A stretch of 64,000 nt of DNA from Nemertoderma westbladi (Eukaryota; Animalia; Xenacoelomorpha). The notes beneath the pieces are model-generated. The model did no database searches and was not told the origin of the DNA. It saw nothing but the letters and a program-made list of their open reading frames with translations. Of this stretch, positions 62,001 through 64,000 are shown piece after piece (positions within the stretch are counted from its first letter, which is position 1; every line of letters starts with the position of its first letter). The position numbers and the translations under genes are program-made. Location of the stretch: the NCBI GenBank assembly GCA_032718475.1, contig JAUCBJ010006743.1, positions 1 to 64,000 of the forward strand, written 5' to 3'.

Positions 62001-64000
62001 CCCCAGGGGTGTGTTCCAGAACGTCTTTACTGATCCCCCCAGGGGTGTGTTCCAGAACGTCTTTACTGATCCCCCCAGGGGTGTGTTCCAGAACGTCTTT
62101 ACTGATCCCCCCAGGGGTGTGTTCCAGAACGTCTTTACTGATCCCCCCAGGGGTGTGTTCCAGAACGTCTTTACTGATCCCCCCAGGGGTGTGTTCCAGA
62201 ACGTCTTTACTGATCCCCCCAGGGGTGTGTTCCAGAACGTCTTTACTGATCCCCCCAGGGGTGTGTTCCAGAACGTCTTTACTGATCCCCCCAGGGGTGT
62301 GTTCCAGAACGTCTTTACTGATCCCCCCAGGGGTGTGTTCCAGAACGTCTTTACTGATCCCCCCAGGGGTGTGTTCCAGAACGTCTTTACTGATCCCCCC
62401 AGGGGTGTGTTCCAGAACGTCTTTACTGATCCCCCCAGGGGTGTGTTCCAGAACGTCTTTACTGATCCCCCCAGGGGTGTGTTCCAGAACGTCTTTACTG
62501 ATCCCCCCAGGGGTGTGTTCCAGAACGTCTTTACTGATCCCCCCAGGGGTGTGTTCCAGAACGTCTTTACTGATCCCCCCAGGGGTGTGTTCCAGAACGT
62601 CTTTACTGATCCCCCCAGGGGTGTGTTCCAGAACGTCTTTACTGATCCCCCCAGGGGTGTGTTCCAGAACGTCTTTACTGATCCCCCCAGGGGTGTGTTC
62701 CAGAACGTCTTTACTGATCCCCCCAGGGGTGTGTTCCAGAACGTCTTTACTGATCCCCCCAGGGGTGTGTTCCAGAACGTCTTTACTGATCCCCCCAGGG
62801 GTGTGTTCCAGAACGTCTTTACTGATCCCCCCAGGGGTGTGTTCCAGAACGTCTTTACTGATCCCCCCAGGGGTGTGTTCCAGAACGTCTTTACTGATCC
62901 CCCCAGGGGTGTGTTCCAGAACGTCTTTACTGATCCCCCCAGGGGTGTGTTCCAGAACGTCTTTACTGATCCCCCCAGGGGTGTGTTCCAGAACGTCTTT
63001 ACTGATCCCCCCAGGGGTGTGTTCCAGAACGTCTTTACTGATCCCCCCAGGGGTGTGTTCCAGAACGTCTTTACTGATCCCCCCAGGGGTGTGTTCCAGA
63101 ACGTCTTTACTGATCCCCCCAGGGGTGTGTTCCAGAACGTCTTTACTGATCCCCCCAGGGGTGTGTTCCAGAACGTCTTTACTGATCCCCCCAGGGGTGT
63201 GTTCCAGAACGTCTTTACTGATCCCCCCAGGGGTGTGTTCCAGAACGTCTTTACTGATCCCCCCAGGGGTGTGTTCCAGAACGTCTTTACTGATCCCCCC
63301 AGGGGTGTGTTCCAGAACGTCTTTACTGATCCCCCCAGGGGTGTGTTCCAGAACGTCTTTACTGATCCCCCCAGGGGTGTGTTCCAGAACGTCTTTACTG
63401 ATCCCCCCAGGGGTGTGTTCCAGAACGTCTTTACTGATCCCCCCAGGGGTGTGTTCCAGAACGTCTTTACTGATCCCCCCAGGGGTGTGTTCCAGAACGT
63501 CTTTACTGATCCCCCCAGGGGTGTGTTCCAGAACGTCTTTACTGATCCCCCCAGGGGTGTGTTCCAGAACGTCTTTACTGATCCCCCCAGGGGTGTGTTC
63601 CAGAACGTCTTTACTGATCCCCCCAGGGGTGTGTTCCAGAACGTCTTTACTGATCCCCCCAGGGGTGTGTTCCAGAACGTCTTTACTGATCCCCCCAGGG
63701 GTGTGTTCCAGAACGTCTTTACTGATCCCCCCAGGGGTGTGTTCCAGAACGTCTTTACTGATCCCCCCAGGGGTGTGTTCCAGAACGTCTTTACTGATCC
63801 CCCCAGGGGTGTGTTCCAGAACGTCTTTACTGATCCCCCCAGGGGTGTGTTCCAGAACGTCTTTACTGATCCCCCCAGGGGTGTGTTCCAGAACGTCTTT
63901 ACTGATCCCCCCAGGGGTGTGTTCCAGAACGTCTTTACTGATCCCCCCAGGGGTGTGTTCCAGAACGTCTTTACTGATCCCCCCAGGGGTGTGTTCCAGA
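47049..64000. repeat. 36-bp satellite array, ~470 copies, runs off the window
   Basis: Unit GATCCCCCCAGGGGTGTGTTCCAGAACGTCTTTACT in head-to-tail tandem, no spacers. Confidence 0.99.

Noticed and set aside
47049-64000. 36-bp repeat as a CRISPR array
   Set aside because: Units are directly adjacent with no unique spacers, no cas genes, and the context is eukaryotic.

Overview
Repeat-dense animal (probably invertebrate) genomic DNA, not prokaryotic. Bases 5.3-38.1 kb are a nest of retroelements. A decayed plus-strand Bel/Pao LTR retrotransposon (element A) is split by a CR1-group LINE, which itself carries a nested truncated LINE, and by an unidentified 1.3-kb insert. Element A is cut off by a young, nearly intact minus-strand Bel/Pao element (element B, 537/538-bp LTRs). 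The main finding is that both elements carry a large extra ORF downstream of pol. By manual alignment the two ORFs are homologous and contain a DEDDy-like (WRN/EXD/Mut-7-type) 3'-5' exonuclease domain followed by CCHC zinc knuckles. Element B also lacks a tRNA-type PBS (possible self-priming) and has an array of about 21 hairpin repeats between pol and the exonuclease ORF. Downstream lie MITEs, an intronless ZFPL1 gene, a Mutator/Foldback-type element with a 9-bp TSD, and a 36-bp satellite filling the last 17 kb. All calls are from reading the sequence by eye; no searches were run.
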